The notes below the pieces were generated by a model. The model was not told where the DNA came from and ran no database searches. It saw nothing but the letters and a program-made list of their open reading frames with translations. A program made the translations under genes and the position numbers. Below are positions 38,137 to 48,028 of a stretch of 64,000 nucleotides of DNA, in pieces; positions within the stretch are counted from its first letter, which is position 1; every line of letters begins with the position of its first letter. Origin of the DNA: Vicinamibacteria bacterium (GTDB taxonomy: Bacteria > Acidobacteriota > Vicinamibacteria > Vicinamibacterales > UBA8438); contig CAUZDY010000003.1 in assembly GCA_963578805.1 (NCBI GenBank), positions 514-64,513 on the forward strand. The letters run 5' to 3'.

Positions 38137-39195
38137 CTACCTTGTTTCCCGGCGTTGCTCTCTTCTCCGCGCTCGGAAGTACTCCACCTGATACCGTTGC
38201 ACGTTACGATTGTGTTCACGCAGGGTGCTGGCGAACTCATGCGACCCGTCGTTGCGGCTTACAAAGTACAGATACGGGACGTCTGCCGGACCAACTGCGG
38301 CCTCGAGCGCCCCCAGACCAGGTGCAGCGATCGGCCCTGGCGGTAGGCCTGGGTAGCGGTACGTGTTGTACGGCGAATCGTACCCAAGGTTCTCTCGTGT
38401 TAGGTTGCCGTCGTAGAATCCGTCAAGCTCGAGCGCGTAGATAACAGTCGGATCGCACTGCAAGGCCATTCCGATTCGCAGGCGATTGTTGTATACCGCT
38501 GACACTAATTGGTATTCGTCGGCGCTCCCTGTCTCCTTCTGGATGAGCGAGGCCAGTGTCACAACGTCACGCACGCTCCGGTCATGACGAGCAGCCTCTC
38601 CTCGTAGCTCGTCGCTGAGGCTGCGTCGAAACTGCGCGACCATCGCCTCCACGATGTCGGCTGGGGTAGCACCCCGGGGCAACAGATAGGTTTCAGGGAA
38701 CAGGTATCCCTCGAGCGTCACAGCCTCTGGGTCGAGGTCCTGGATTAACTCCACTCGCTGTGTTTGGTTGATGAATTCGTCCCTCGTTCCAAACTCGCTC
38801 TCGTCGAAGACCTCGGCCATTTCGGCAACGGTGAGACCCTCTGGGAACGTAATACTCCGAAGGTAGACCTGGCCGGCTACGATCTTGTCGATGACCTCCA
38901 TGGACGACAGAGAGTCGCTGAAGTGGTACTCGCCAGCCTGGAGATCGCGCGCGACGCCACTCCGCCAGACGGCAAGACGAAACGTCCACTGGTCGCGCAC
39001 GACACCGGCTGCCGCCAGCCTCGCGGCAATCACCGGGGAAGAGTCCCCAGGCTGGATGTCGACGAAGACCCCTTCCTCTTCATACGCCTGGTAAGGCGTC
39101 TCCACCCGCTCGAGGAGCTGGTTCACCGCCACGGCGGCGGCAATTAGCGTCAGCCCCATAAAGACGGCCAAGACCGTTAGCACTTTACGTAGCAT
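38137..39195 (-). CDS. mltG: Endolytic murein transglycosylase MltG (YceG-like)
   Basis: An N-terminal TM segment, then ASLIQKETG...YNNRL...LQCDPTV.Y...SPYNTYRYPGLPPGPIAAPG. Confidence 0.85.
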   Translation of the reverse strand: MLRKVLTVLAVFMGLTLIAAAVAVNQLLERVETPYQAYEEEGVFVDIQPGDSSPVIAARLAAAGVVRDQWTFRLAVWRSGVARDLQAGEYHFSDSLSSMEVIDKIVAGQVYLRSITFPEGLTVAEMAEVFDESEFGTRDEFINQTQRVELIQDLDPEAVTLEGYLFPETYLLPRGATPADIVEAMVAQFRRSLSDELRGEAARHDRSVRDVVTLASLIQKETGSADEYQLVSAVYNNRLRIGMALQCDPTVIYALELDGFYDGNLTRENLGYDSPYNTYRYPGLPPGPIAAPGLGALEAAVGPADVPYLYFVSRNDGSHEFASTLREHNRNVQRYQVEYFRARRREQRRETR

Positions 39196-39658
39196 CGCCG
39201 CCCTCGAACGCTGGATCCCTGGTGCGCGGTCCCCGCTGATGATCCAGAAAGTCCTGGAGGATAACCGCCGCGGCCGCCGCGTCCAGCCGTGCCTTTCGCC
39301 GCCTCCAGTTCTTCTCTAACTGGGCGAGACGGCTCTCGGCCTCGTGGCTTGAGAGTCGCTCGTCCTGAAGATGGACCGGCAGCGTCGTATATCGGCGTAG
39401 TGTCTCGACGAAGCTCAGGACGTGCATTGTCTGACGATGGGGTGCCCCGTCCAGGGACCGCGGCAGACCGACTACTATGCCGGCTAGACCATCCTCCTGA
39501 TTGGTGAGGATCGCGATTTCACGCGAGACCGCCATGGCTCCCTGCTCCACCGGCCGGGAGACGGTCAGTACCCGCAGCGGGGTTGCCAGTACGGCCGATA
39601 CGTCACTGAGGGCCAAGCCTATCCTGCGCTCACCAACGTCAACGCCGAGCACACGCAC
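39185..39658 (-). CDS. ruvX: Holliday junction resolvase-like protein RuvX (YqgF)
   Basis: MRVLGVDVGERRIGLALSD...VVGLPRSLDG...DERLSS.EA. Confidence 0.85.
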   Translation of the reverse strand: MRVLGVDVGERRIGLALSDVSAVLATPLRVLTVSRPVEQGAMAVSREIAILTNQEDGLAGIVVGLPRSLDGAPHRQTMHVLSFVETLRRYTTLPVHLQDERLSSHEAESRLAQLEKNWRRRKARLDAAAAAVILQDFLDHQRGPRTRDPAFEGGDAT

Positions 39659-39670
39659 GCATCTACTATA

Positions 39671-40843
39671 ATGGTCTCAATGAGTCGCAGGGCCCGCCTT
39701 GTTATCCTTTTCGTGTCTGTTCCGGTCGCCGCCTTTACCATGGTGGGAGGCTTTCTCGGCCAGTCCGTCGGCCGGGAGGACACGTATCGCCATCTCCGGA
39801 TCTTCGAAGACGTAGTGTCACTAATCGGTAGCAATTACGTCGAAGAGGTCGACCTCGAAGACGTAATAGAGGGATCGTTGCGTGGTCTCGCCGGAGGCCT
39901 GGACTCGGACAGTACATTCTTGTCGGCAGACGACGTGCGACGGATGGAATCTGGAGAACCTCTCCCAGACGGTGAGCTCGGGATCGAGGTCACGAGCCAG
40001 TACTACCTCCAGGTTATTGCCGCGCGCCCCGAGTCACCTGCGTCCAGGGCGGGACTGATCCCGGGTGACTTCATCCGGGCTATCGATGGACAGACAACCC
40101 GGCGACTCTCCGCGCTCGAAGGCAACAGACGGCTGCGGGGAAAACCGGGGACCAGTGTCAAGCTGTCGGTCATTCGTGGCAACCAAAGCGAACCATCTGA
40201 TCTCGAGCTGGTTCGGCAGAGGGTTACCAACCGGGCCGTCGTCACGAACCTCTTGGACGAGGGTTTCGGATACATTCGGATCAACCGGTTTAGCACGGGA
40301 GCATCCGGGGAGCTCGCCACTGCCGTGAGCGAGCTGAGGGACAGTGGAGCCAGAGCGCTCCTGATCGACGTGCGGAGCGCGGCAGGTGGGTCGTTTGAGG
40401 AAGGTATCGCGGCGGCACGTCTCTTTGTCAGATCCGGGACCCTGCTCCGTCGGACCGAACATGGTGATCGGCAGGTAGATGTGACGGCCACTGCCGGTAC
40501 GGAGGTCGTCGACATGCCGCTGGTGCTGCTCACTGATTTTGGTACCGCTCATGCCGCTGAGTTGTTCGTCGCTGGTCTCTCTGGGACGTCTCGCGCGGAC
40601 ACCGTCGGTCAGCGAACTGCGGGACGCGCCAGCCTCCAGAAACTAGTTAAGCTTTCCGACGGCACCGGTCTCTGGCTGTCCTGGGCACGCTATCTTCAGG
40701 CATCTGGTGATCCGATACATCGGTCCGGAATCCGGCCGACGGTCGAGGTGACAGTCTCTGTCGTCCAGCTTGGTGAACCGGTGCCATCAGGCGACGTGGT
40801 CTTGGAGCAAGGACTCGAGCACCTCCGCTCAACGATCCTCTGA
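39671..40843 (+). CDS. S41-family (C-terminal processing peptidase-like) protein with a PDZ domain; catalytic dyad positions substituted (see findings)
   Basis: An N-terminal TM segment, PDZ (GLIPGDFIRAIDG) and LLIDVRSAAGG. The protein aligns along its length with Ctp/Prc-like peptidases. Confidence 0.8.
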   Translation: MVSMSRRARLVILFVSVPVAAFTMVGGFLGQSVGREDTYRHLRIFEDVVSLIGSNYVEEVDLEDVIEGSLRGLAGGLDSDSTFLSADDVRRMESGEPLPDGELGIEVTSQYYLQVIAARPESPASRAGLIPGDFIRAIDGQTTRRLSALEGNRRLRGKPGTSVKLSVIRGNQSEPSDLELVRQRVTNRAVVTNLLDEGFGYIRINRFSTGASGELATAVSELRDSGARALLIDVRSAAGGSFEEGIAAARLFVRSGTLLRRTEHGDRQVDVTATAGTEVVDMPLVLLTDFGTAHAAELFVAGLSGTSRADTVGQRTAGRASLQKLVKLSDGTGLWLSWARYLQASGDPIHRSGIRPTVEVTVSVVQLGEPVPSGDVVLEQGLEHLRSTIL

Positions 40844-40910
40844 CACGGCTTTCTGGAGTGCATCTCTCGCGTTGACGCTTGATATTGCCACTGCTATGTT
40901 TTCATGACAT

Positions 40911-40987
40911 AGGCGCGTAGCTCAGCTGGTTAGAGCGCCTGCTTGACATGCAGGAGGTCGGCGGTTCGAGTCCGCCCGTGCCTACCA
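40911..40987 (+). tRNA. tRNA-Val (anticodon GAC), CCA encoded
   Basis: Folded by hand. The acceptor stem AGGCGCG/CGTGCCT has one G-U pair. D arm GCTC..GAGC; anticodon stem CCTGC/GCAGG with loop TTGACAT; T arm GGCGG-TTCGAGT-CCGCC; discriminator A followed by CCA. Confidence 0.9.
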
Positions 40988-41027
40988 TGTTTCACTCAAT
41001 GAACGCTGTCCCGGATTTTTACACACC

Positions 41028-42980
41028 ATGAGCACTGTTACCGTGACGCTACCCGATGGAGCAACCCGAACAGTGCTTACGGGGACACCGGTGTCTGTGA
41101 TTGCCGAGGGAATCTCACCCCGCCTTGCCAAGCAGGCCCTTGCTGCGGTCGTCAACGACAGCATGGTGGACCTATCCTTTCCGCTCGAATCTGACGCGTT
41201 GGTCACCGTCGTCACCCCCAAATCGCCCAATGCGCTGGAACTCTACCGCCATTCCACTGCACACTTGATGGCCGCGGCGGTCACCGCGCTCTTCCCAGAG
41301 GCCCAGTGTGGAATCGGCCCACCCACCAGTGACGGGTTTTTCTACGACTTCATTGTCGACCGGCCATTTGTTCCGGAAGATTTGGTCGCCATCGAGAGGA
41401 AGATGATGGAGCTGGCCAAGCAGGACCTGCCCTACATGCGGAAGATACTGCCTAAGGAAGCGGCGAAGGCACACTTCCAGGACCGGGGTGAGCCGCTCAA
41501 GGTTCAGTTGATCGACGAGAAGGGTGGACCAATGGTGTCGTGCTACACGATTGAAGACACCTTTATCGACTTCTGTACCGGACCGCACGTGCCGTCCACA
41601 GGACATCTCAAAGCGTTCAAGGTGCTCACCAGCTCGAACGCCTATTGGAAAGGCGACGCGCAGAACCAACCGATGCAACGGATTTACGGAACGGCGTTCT
41701 TTAAGGACTCGGCCCTCAAGGAACATCTTCATCGGTTGGAAGAAGCTAAGAAGCGAGACCACCGAAAGCTGGGGAAAGAACTCGGGCTCTTTACGTTTCA
41801 CCAGTTTGCCCCGGGTGCACCATTCTGGCTGGCCAACGGCACAGCACTCTACAACCACCTGGCCGCATATATGCGCGAGATGTTGTACCCGGAGGGCTAT
41901 ATCGAGCTGCGAACGCCGCTCGTCTTCAACCGGCAGCTATGGGAGACATCTGGCCACTGGGAGCACTACCGGAAGAACATGTTCCTCGTGGAGTCCGAAG
42001 GTGAACCTTTCGGGCTAAAAGCGATGAACTGCCCCGCCCATATGTTGGTCTTTGCCAGTCAGGTGCGAAGCTATCGTGACCTTCCCCTGCGCTTTTACGA
42101 TCAGGGAGTGCTGCACCGCAACGAAGCGTCTGGCGTGCTGTCCGGACTCACCCGGGTTCGGCAATTTTCCCAGGACGATGCGCACTGTTTTGTCACGAAG
42201 GACCAAATCCGTGAAGAAGTCGAACGGCTCCTTCGACTGGTCGGTCGGGTCTACCGTGACTTCAGTCTCGAGTACACGATCGAGTTATCCACGCGACCCG
42301 ATGAATTTCTTGGTGAGATCGAGACGTGGAATCACGCGGAACAACAACTCAAGGCGGCAATCGACTTCACGAAACAGTCGTATGCGGTCTCGGAGGGGGA
42401 AGGGAACTTCTACGGACCCAAGATTGATTTTCACGTCACCGACGCACTCGGCCGGAAGTGGCAGTGCGCCACAATCCAGCTGGATTACCAGCTTCCGCGA
42501 CGATTCAAGCTGAAGTATATTGGGGCAGACAACGCCGAACACTGTCCGGTGGTCATCCATCGGGCAATTTTTGGCAGCTTTGAACGCTTCATCGCACTCC
42601 TTATTGAGCACTATGCTGGAAGATTTCCACTCTGGCTTTCCCCCGTTCAGGCCACGATTCTTCCTATCGCCGACCGCCACGCTGAGTACGCACGGTCAGT
42701 CGAGGAACGGCTGAGCTCGGCTGGGTTGCGTGTCACCGTTGATGCGCGGCAGGAAAAGATTGGATATAAGATCCGCGAGGCGCAAATCCAAAAAATTCCG
42801 TATATGCTTGTAGTTGGAGATCGTGAGGTAGCTGAAGACAGTGTTGCGGTCCGAAGTGGAGGTACTGGCGATCGCGGCACCCAGACGGTCAATGGATTTC
42901 TGCAGGCCGCACTCGAGGAAGTTCGAGTGAAACGCGCCCCCGCTGCCGGGCAAGACAGCCGGAACCGGCCAGGTGCGTGA
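41028..42980 (+). CDS. thrS: Threonine--tRNA ligase
   Basis: A 650-aa ORF with a TGS domain start (VTLPDG), the editing domain HSTAHLMA, and class II core motifs (FRNE.SG...RVRQF.QDDAH). Confidence 0.95.
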   Translation: MSTVTVTLPDGATRTVLTGTPVSVIAEGISPRLAKQALAAVVNDSMVDLSFPLESDALVTVVTPKSPNALELYRHSTAHLMAAAVTALFPEAQCGIGPPTSDGFFYDFIVDRPFVPEDLVAIERKMMELAKQDLPYMRKILPKEAAKAHFQDRGEPLKVQLIDEKGGPMVSCYTIEDTFIDFCTGPHVPSTGHLKAFKVLTSSNAYWKGDAQNQPMQRIYGTAFFKDSALKEHLHRLEEAKKRDHRKLGKELGLFTFHQFAPGAPFWLANGTALYNHLAAYMREMLYPEGYIELRTPLVFNRQLWETSGHWEHYRKNMFLVESEGEPFGLKAMNCPAHMLVFASQVRSYRDLPLRFYDQGVLHRNEASGVLSGLTRVRQFSQDDAHCFVTKDQIREEVERLLRLVGRVYRDFSLEYTIELSTRPDEFLGEIETWNHAEQQLKAAIDFTKQSYAVSEGEGNFYGPKIDFHVTDALGRKWQCATIQLDYQLPRRFKLKYIGADNAEHCPVVIHRAIFGSFERFIALLIEHYAGRFPLWLSPVQATILPIADRHAEYARSVEERLSSAGLRVTVDARQEKIGYKIREAQIQKIPYMLVVGDREVAEDSVAVRSGGTGDRGTQTVNGFLQAALEEVRVKRAPAAGQDSRNRPGA

Positions 42981-43016
42981 CCTTTCGTGACAATCGTGTG
43001 TTCCTAGGAGGTCGAG

Positions 43017-43574
43017 ATCGCTTTTCGAGGACCCAGACGAGATTTTCGTCAGAGCAGCGCGCGTATCAATGAACGTATTCGGGTCCGAGAGATCCGAGTG
43101 ATCGACGACGAGGGAGAGCAACTGGGTGTCATGACACCCCAAGAAGCCCTGACTATCTCCCGCGGCAAGGGCCTCGACTTGGTCGAGGTATCGCCAACTG
43201 CGCAACCGCCGGTCTGTCGCATCACCGACTACGGCCGGTACCAGTATGAGGAACAGAAACGAACTCGACAGGCCAAGAAGAAACAAAAGACGATCGAGAT
43301 CAAGGAAATCAAGTTCCGACCCAAGGTGGATGAGCATGATTACCAATTCAAGAAGAAGCACGTGGAGCGATTCCTCGCGCACGGAGACAAGGTAAAGGCG
43401 ACAATCTTCTTTAGGGGACGCGAGTTAGCACATCCGGAGTTTGGGCGTCACATCCTGAGCCGGCTGGTCGAGGAGCTCCAAGAAGTCGCGACACAAGAGA
43501 CAATGCCGCGGATGGAAGGCAACCAGATGCACACCATCCTGACTAGCAAGACAGGAGCCCGAAAGGGTCAGTAG
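43017..43574 (+). CDS. infC: Translation initiation factor IF-3, with a predicted non-canonical ATC start
   Basis: The frame is open from the TAG at 43005-43007. The conserved [24 protein letters not shown] lies upstream of the first GTG (43098). No ATG, GTG or TTG is available in that stretch. ATC 43017-43019 sits 5 nt after a perfect AGGAGG (43006-43011). Confidence 0.85.
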   Translation: MAFRGPRRDFRQSSARINERIRVREIRVIDDEGEQLGVMTPQEALTISRGKGLDLVEVSPTAQPPVCRITDYGRYQYEEQKRTRQAKKKQKTIEIKEIKFRPKVDEHDYQFKKKHVERFLAHGDKVKATIFFRGRELAHPEFGRHILSRLVEELQEVATQETMPRMEGNQMHTILTSKTGARKGQ

Positions 43575-43586
43575 ACGAAGCAGCAT

Positions 43587-43784
43587 ATGCCAAAGATCAA
43601 GACTCACCGCGGCGCCGCCAAACGGTTTAACAAAACCGGGACCGGAAAGGTCACTCACGCCAAGGCGTTCAAGCAACATATCCTGACAAGTAAGACGGCC
43701 AAACGTCGTCGGGGTCTACGTGGCACGACTGTCGTGTCAGACGCCGACACGCCGCGCGTGGCTAAGATGATCCCGTATAAGTAG
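43587..43784 (+). CDS. rpmI: 50S ribosomal protein L35
   Basis: [18 protein letters not shown]....A.K.HIL..K. Confidence 0.95.
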   Translation: MPKIKTHRGAAKRFNKTGTGKVTHAKAFKQHILTSKTAKRRRGLRGTTVVSDADTPRVAKMIPYK

Positions 43785-43835
43785 CCAGGAAACAGCCGCC
43801 AGGCGTTTTCTTGAAGAGTATTTAGGAGCAGATAC

Positions 43836-44195
43836 ATGCCTCGAGTGAAACGTGGCCCCCTGCGACGACGTAAACGGCAACGCCTTCTGGCGCGAGCCAA
43901 AGGGTTCTACCAGACGAAGAGCAAGCTGTATCGGGCCGCCAAAGAAGCGGTCGACACATCGCTTTCGTACGCCTTCGTGGGCCGGCGGCGCAAGAAACGT
44001 GACTTCCGTCGGCTGTGGGTGATTCGGATTAACGCGGCGGCCCGTGAGCATGGCTTGAGCTATAGCCAGTTCATCTCGGGCCTCAAGACCGCCGGCGTAG
44101 GTCTGGACCGTAAGGCCCTAGCTGACCTCGCCGTTCGGGAACCCAATGCATTCGCCTATCTGGCCGCCCAAGCCAAAGAAGCGAGGGCCACCTAA
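43836..44195 (+). CDS. rplT: 50S ribosomal protein L20
   Basis: MPRVKRG...RRKR......AKGF...KSKLYR.AKE.V...L.YA...[17 protein letters not shown]. Confidence 0.95.
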   Translation: MPRVKRGPLRRRKRQRLLARAKGFYQTKSKLYRAAKEAVDTSLSYAFVGRRRKKRDFRRLWVIRINAAAREHGLSYSQFISGLKTAGVGLDRKALADLAVREPNAFAYLAAQAKEARAT

Positions 44196-44217
44196 TGCCG
44201 TCGCGAATTCTTCGCGG

Positions 44218-45276
44218 GTGACTACCTCTTCAGACATCGACCGGCTGCGCACCGAGTTCCAGAGTGAACTCGACGACGTCCAGGGTGAGCGAGACCTCCA
44301 GAAGCTCCACGACCGCTATCTTGGCCGAAAGCGCGGAGCTGTGGCGGCCCTGCTCAAAAGTGTGGCATCAGCTCCGCCCAGCCAACGCCGGGCCCTCGGA
44401 ACACGAGCTAACGCGCTCAAGAAGGAGTTCGAAGCTGCACTCGCCGAGAAACGAGACCATCTGGAGGCAGTCGCGACTCCTGTGGAAACGGTCGATGTCA
44501 CACTGCCTGGGCGTAACACTCTTCTTGGCCATCGCCACCCGCTAACAATCCTTCGGGAGGAGATCGAGAACATCTTTTCCAGTCTCGGTTTCGAGATTCT
44601 GCACGGCCCGGAAGCCGAAGACGATTACCACAACTTCGAAGCCCTCAACATGCCGGCCGACCACCCGGCGCGTGACATGCAGGACACGCTCTACCTCGAA
44701 GAACCGCTTGAGGCCTCCGGCCCATTGGACACGCATCCAGCCACACTGCTCAGGACTCACACCTCCGGGATGCAAATCCGGTATATGGAAACCCACGAAC
44801 CGCCCGTTCGCATCATTGCGCCCGGACTGGTGTATCGTCGCGACACACCCGACCTGACTCATTCACCGATGTTTCAACAGGTGGAAGGTCTTCTCGTGGG
44901 TAAGCGCGTGACGATGACCGACCTTAAGGGCACCCTTGAGTATTTTCTGCGTCAGCTATTCGACCCAGAAATCAACGTAATGTTTCGTCCGAGCTTCTTC
45001 CCGTATACCGAACCAAGCGCTGAGGTTTTCATCACCTGCGTGTTTTGCCAAGGCAATGGATGCCCTGTATGCAAGAAGACGGGATGGCTCGAAATTTTGG
45101 GGAGCGGGATGGTTCACCCTGCCGTCTTCGAAGCGGTTGGATACGACCCGGAACGGTACACTGGGTGGGCGTTCGGATTAGGCATCGACCGGGTCGCCTT
45201 ACTTAAGTATCGAGTCGAGGACATCCGTTTGTTTTACGACAATGACCTCCGTCTTCTGGAGCAATTTCCCTATTGA
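44218..45276 (+). CDS. pheS: Phenylalanine--tRNA ligase alpha subunit
   Basis: RYLGRKRG, HPL, PADHPARDMQDT and RTHTS are present, along with class II motifs. I chose GTG 44218 as the start; the ATG at 44146 would overlap rplT by 50 nt. Confidence 0.9.
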   Translation: MTTSSDIDRLRTEFQSELDDVQGERDLQKLHDRYLGRKRGAVAALLKSVASAPPSQRRALGTRANALKKEFEAALAEKRDHLEAVATPVETVDVTLPGRNTLLGHRHPLTILREEIENIFSSLGFEILHGPEAEDDYHNFEALNMPADHPARDMQDTLYLEEPLEASGPLDTHPATLLRTHTSGMQIRYMETHEPPVRIIAPGLVYRRDTPDLTHSPMFQQVEGLLVGKRVTMTDLKGTLEYFLRQLFDPEINVMFRPSFFPYTEPSAEVFITCVFCQGNGCPVCKKTGWLEILGSGMVHPAVFEAVGYDPERYTGWAFGLGIDRVALLKYRVEDIRLFYDNDLRLLEQFPY

Positions 45277-47393
45277 GAATCCTCGTCTCGTGGCTTCGTG
45301 ACTTCGTCGCCGTCGACGTCAGCATCGATGAATTAGCCGCGGTGTTAACGATGCGGGGATTCGAGGTGTCAGCTATCGAACTGGCGCCCGCAACCGTCCA
45401 AGGTAACGGCGACGATGCGGTGCTGGATCTCGAAATCACGACCAACCGTCCCGACTGCCTAAGCGTGTTCGGGATTGCGCGCGAAGTCTCTACCATCTAC
45501 GGTACCGAGCTCCGGGCGCCGCGCGTCGATGAGACAGCCGCGCTGACGACCGCTGGGGGCAGCTCCGACGTGTCGGTCGCGATCGACGACCCAGACTTGT
45601 GTCCTCGATACGTCGCTTCCGTGGCAGACATCACGCTTGGTCCGTCACCGACCTGGCTCGCGGCGCGCCTCGACGCGGCAGGAGTCCGACCGATCAACAA
45701 CATCGTCGACATCACGAACTACGTGATGCTGGAACTCGGTCACCCGATGCACGCCTTCGACTTGGAGTCGCTTGCCGACCGATCCATTCGGGTCCGTAAG
45801 GCGGCCTCCGGCGAGACGTTGAGAACACTCGACGGGCAAGAGCGACGACTTCACCATGAGATGCTGGTGATCGCCGATGCCGTCCGCTCCCACGCCGTCG
45901 CCGGCGTCATGGGTGGTGCAGATTCAGAGGTGTCCAACCACTCGCGGGTGGTCGCCCTCGAGAGTGCCTACTTTCGCCCGACCTCAGTCCGTCGTACCAG
46001 CAAACGCCTTGCGCTGTCGACCGACGCCTCCTATCGATTCGAGCGCGGCGCCGATATAGAAGCGCCGGTTGTGGCCATGCGGCGCGCACTGACACTACTC
46101 GAACAAACGGGGGCCGGCCGGATCCGGGGATCAATCGTCGACACATATCCTCACCCGAAGCCCTCCAAGACGGTCACGCTGCGCCACACCCGCATCGCTC
46201 GGGTCCTCGGAGTCAACGTCGACCCGTCGTTCGTCATGACAACGCTCGACCGGCTCGGTTTCAGTGTATCGTCACCCAGCACCAGTGCCAGTGCCACACC
46301 GGCAGACGAGGGACCACAGTGGCAGATCGGCATTCCGACGTGGAGGGTCGACATCGGTCGCGAGATCGATTTAATCGAGGAAGTCGCGCGACACTACGGA
46401 TACGACCGTCTAGCCTCCACATTTCCGCCGCTGCTCCAGCCTCCGGCGCCGCTGAGTCCGTATCAGCGACGTCAGCGTCTACTACATCGAGTGTTGACGT
46501 CCGGAGGATGTTCAGAGGCGATCAACTTCAGCTTCTCCGATCACACGTCGACCGCACCATTCGTACAAGACGAAAGCGATTTGGTGAGTATCGCGAACCC
46601 ACTTTCCGAAAAATTTACGGTACTTCGACCATCGCTCCTTCCGGGCTTGCTTGACTCACTGATCCGAAATCGGCGTCGTGAGCAACGTGACATTAGACTC
46701 TTCGAGATCGGGAAACGCTTCCGACGGACCACCGGCGAAACCCTCGGCATCGCCATCGCTATTACAGGCGGTGGTGCACCCGAGCATTGGAGTGCGCCAT
46801 TACGCCCGGTGGATCTCTTTGACATCAAGGGGCTGGTCGAACGAACCTGCGAGGCACTCGGTGCCACTCCTCTATTCGAGCAAACCGTCAGCCGCGTGCT
46901 CGTGACCGGCAGGGCCTCAAGCATCACCGGGATATCACGTAGAACGGGTGAACAAGTGTCGCTCGGCATCTTCGGACAGCTCACACCAACGATCGCCACC
47001 AACCGAGGCTTCCCCAGCACGGGTGACGAGGTCTACGTAGCTGAGCTCGATTTGGTGGCGTTGGCCGAGGTTGCCGTGGACCGAAACAAGCTGCATGCGA
47101 CGCCGGTGCCTCGTTATCCGTCTGTGGTCCGTGACCTGGCTCTGAGCGTCGATAGAACCTTGCCTGCCGCCGCCGTTCGTGACACGATCCAGGCCGCCGC
47201 ACCCGATACGCTCGTGAGCGTTCGTGAATTCGACCGCTACGTCGGTTCAGGAGTGCCAGACGGGTGCGTGAGCCTCGCGCTGCGTCTGACGTTCCGCGCA
47301 TCCGACCGCACCCTCACCGATATCGAGGTTCAAGCAGCGGTGCATGCTGTCGTGGCGGCCTTGCAGGATCAGCACGGCGCGACGCTACGCTAA
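45273..47393 (+). CDS. pheT: Phenylalanine--tRNA ligase beta subunit (short form, without the N-terminal OB-fold tRNA-binding domain)
   Basis: MRILVSWLRDFV...ELAAVLTMRGFEV runs almost directly into LDLEITTNRPDCLS. B3/4, B5 and the FDX-ACB C-terminus are present. TTG start overlapping the pheS stop. Confidence 0.9.
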   Translation: MRILVSWLRDFVAVDVSIDELAAVLTMRGFEVSAIELAPATVQGNGDDAVLDLEITTNRPDCLSVFGIAREVSTIYGTELRAPRVDETAALTTAGGSSDVSVAIDDPDLCPRYVASVADITLGPSPTWLAARLDAAGVRPINNIVDITNYVMLELGHPMHAFDLESLADRSIRVRKAASGETLRTLDGQERRLHHEMLVIADAVRSHAVAGVMGGADSEVSNHSRVVALESAYFRPTSVRRTSKRLALSTDASYRFERGADIEAPVVAMRRALTLLEQTGAGRIRGSIVDTYPHPKPSKTVTLRHTRIARVLGVNVDPSFVMTTLDRLGFSVSSPSTSASATPADEGPQWQIGIPTWRVDIGREIDLIEEVARHYGYDRLASTFPPLLQPPAPLSPYQRRQRLLHRVLTSGGCSEAINFSFSDHTSTAPFVQDESDLVSIANPLSEKFTVLRPSLLPGLLDSLIRNRRREQRDIRLFEIGKRFRRTTGETLGIAIAITGGGAPEHWSAPLRPVDLFDIKGLVERTCEALGATPLFEQTVSRVLVTGRASSITGISRRTGEQVSLGIFGQLTPTIATNRGFPSTGDEVYVAELDLVALAEVAVDRNKLHATPVPRYPSVVRDLALSVDRTLPAAAVRDTIQAAAPDTLVSVREFDRYVGSGVPDGCVSLALRLTFRASDRTLTDIEVQAAVHAVVAALQDQHGATLR

Positions 47394-47439
47394 CGTCTGG
47401 AGTGTTACGAGCTCTGTGGCGAAGAAACCCGGAGGTTAC

Positions 47440-47709
47440 ATGTCCACACATGCCGTCGATGTCGAGTCGATCGAACGCCTGACTGACAAAATCAGAGACC
47501 TCATCGCCGTACTTGAGCGCACCCGTGGCGAGCTCTCACAAACGATCGAGGACAACCTTCGCTTGAGTCACGAGGTTAAGGATCTCAAAGCACAACTTTC
47601 GAGCGCCGAGGACACGAGTGCCGAAATCGCGAACCTGCTGGATGAGCGGGAACAGATTCGGACCCGCGTCACCGCTATGCTCGAGCAGCTCGAGGAAATC
47701 GGCATCTAG
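47440..47709 (+). CDS. ZapB-like coiled-coil cell-division protein
   Basis: An 89-aa all-coiled-coil protein (IERLTDKIRDLIAVLERTRGEL...). GGAGG lies upstream of ATG 47440. The gene sits immediately before zapA. Confidence 0.5.
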   Translation: MSTHAVDVESIERLTDKIRDLIAVLERTRGELSQTIEDNLRLSHEVKDLKAQLSSAEDTSAEIANLLDEREQIRTRVTAMLEQLEEIGI

Positions 47710-47728
47710 GAACCGACCGAAACGCACC

Positions 47729-48028
47729 ATGTCTGATGTATCTGGAGTCGTCGTGACGGTGGAAATTTTGGGACAACGATATCCAATTCGTAGCAGCCTT
47801 GACTCGAGCTACGTTACCCAGCTCGCCGCGTATGTTGACCAGAAGATGCAGGTCGCAGGTGAACGAATCGCCGGAGGCGACTCGCTCCGCGTCGCTGTTC
47901 TCGCTGCCCTAAACATCGCGGACGAGTACTTCCGGCTTCGCCAAAGTGGTGGCACACCTGACGGGGCTGTCCAAATGGCAACACTCGAACTCGAACAGCT
48001 CGTGGATAAAGCCTTAGCCGACCCATAG
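47729..48028 (+). CDS. zapA: Cell division protein ZapA
   Basis: VTVEILGQRYPIRSSLD..YV.QLAAYVDQKM......GGDSLRVAVLAALNIADEY. Confidence 0.8.
   Translation: MSDVSGVVVTVEILGQRYPIRSSLDSSYVTQLAAYVDQKMQVAGERIAGGDSLRVAVLAALNIADEYFRLRQSGGTPDGAVQMATLELEQLVDKALADP

Noticed and set aside
44146-44217. The ATG at 44146 as the pheS start, as given in the ORF track.
   Set aside because: It would overlap rplT by 50 nt and add a Pro/Lys-rich extension not seen in PheS. The in-frame GTG at 44218 gives a normal PheS N-terminus. The choice remains uncertain.
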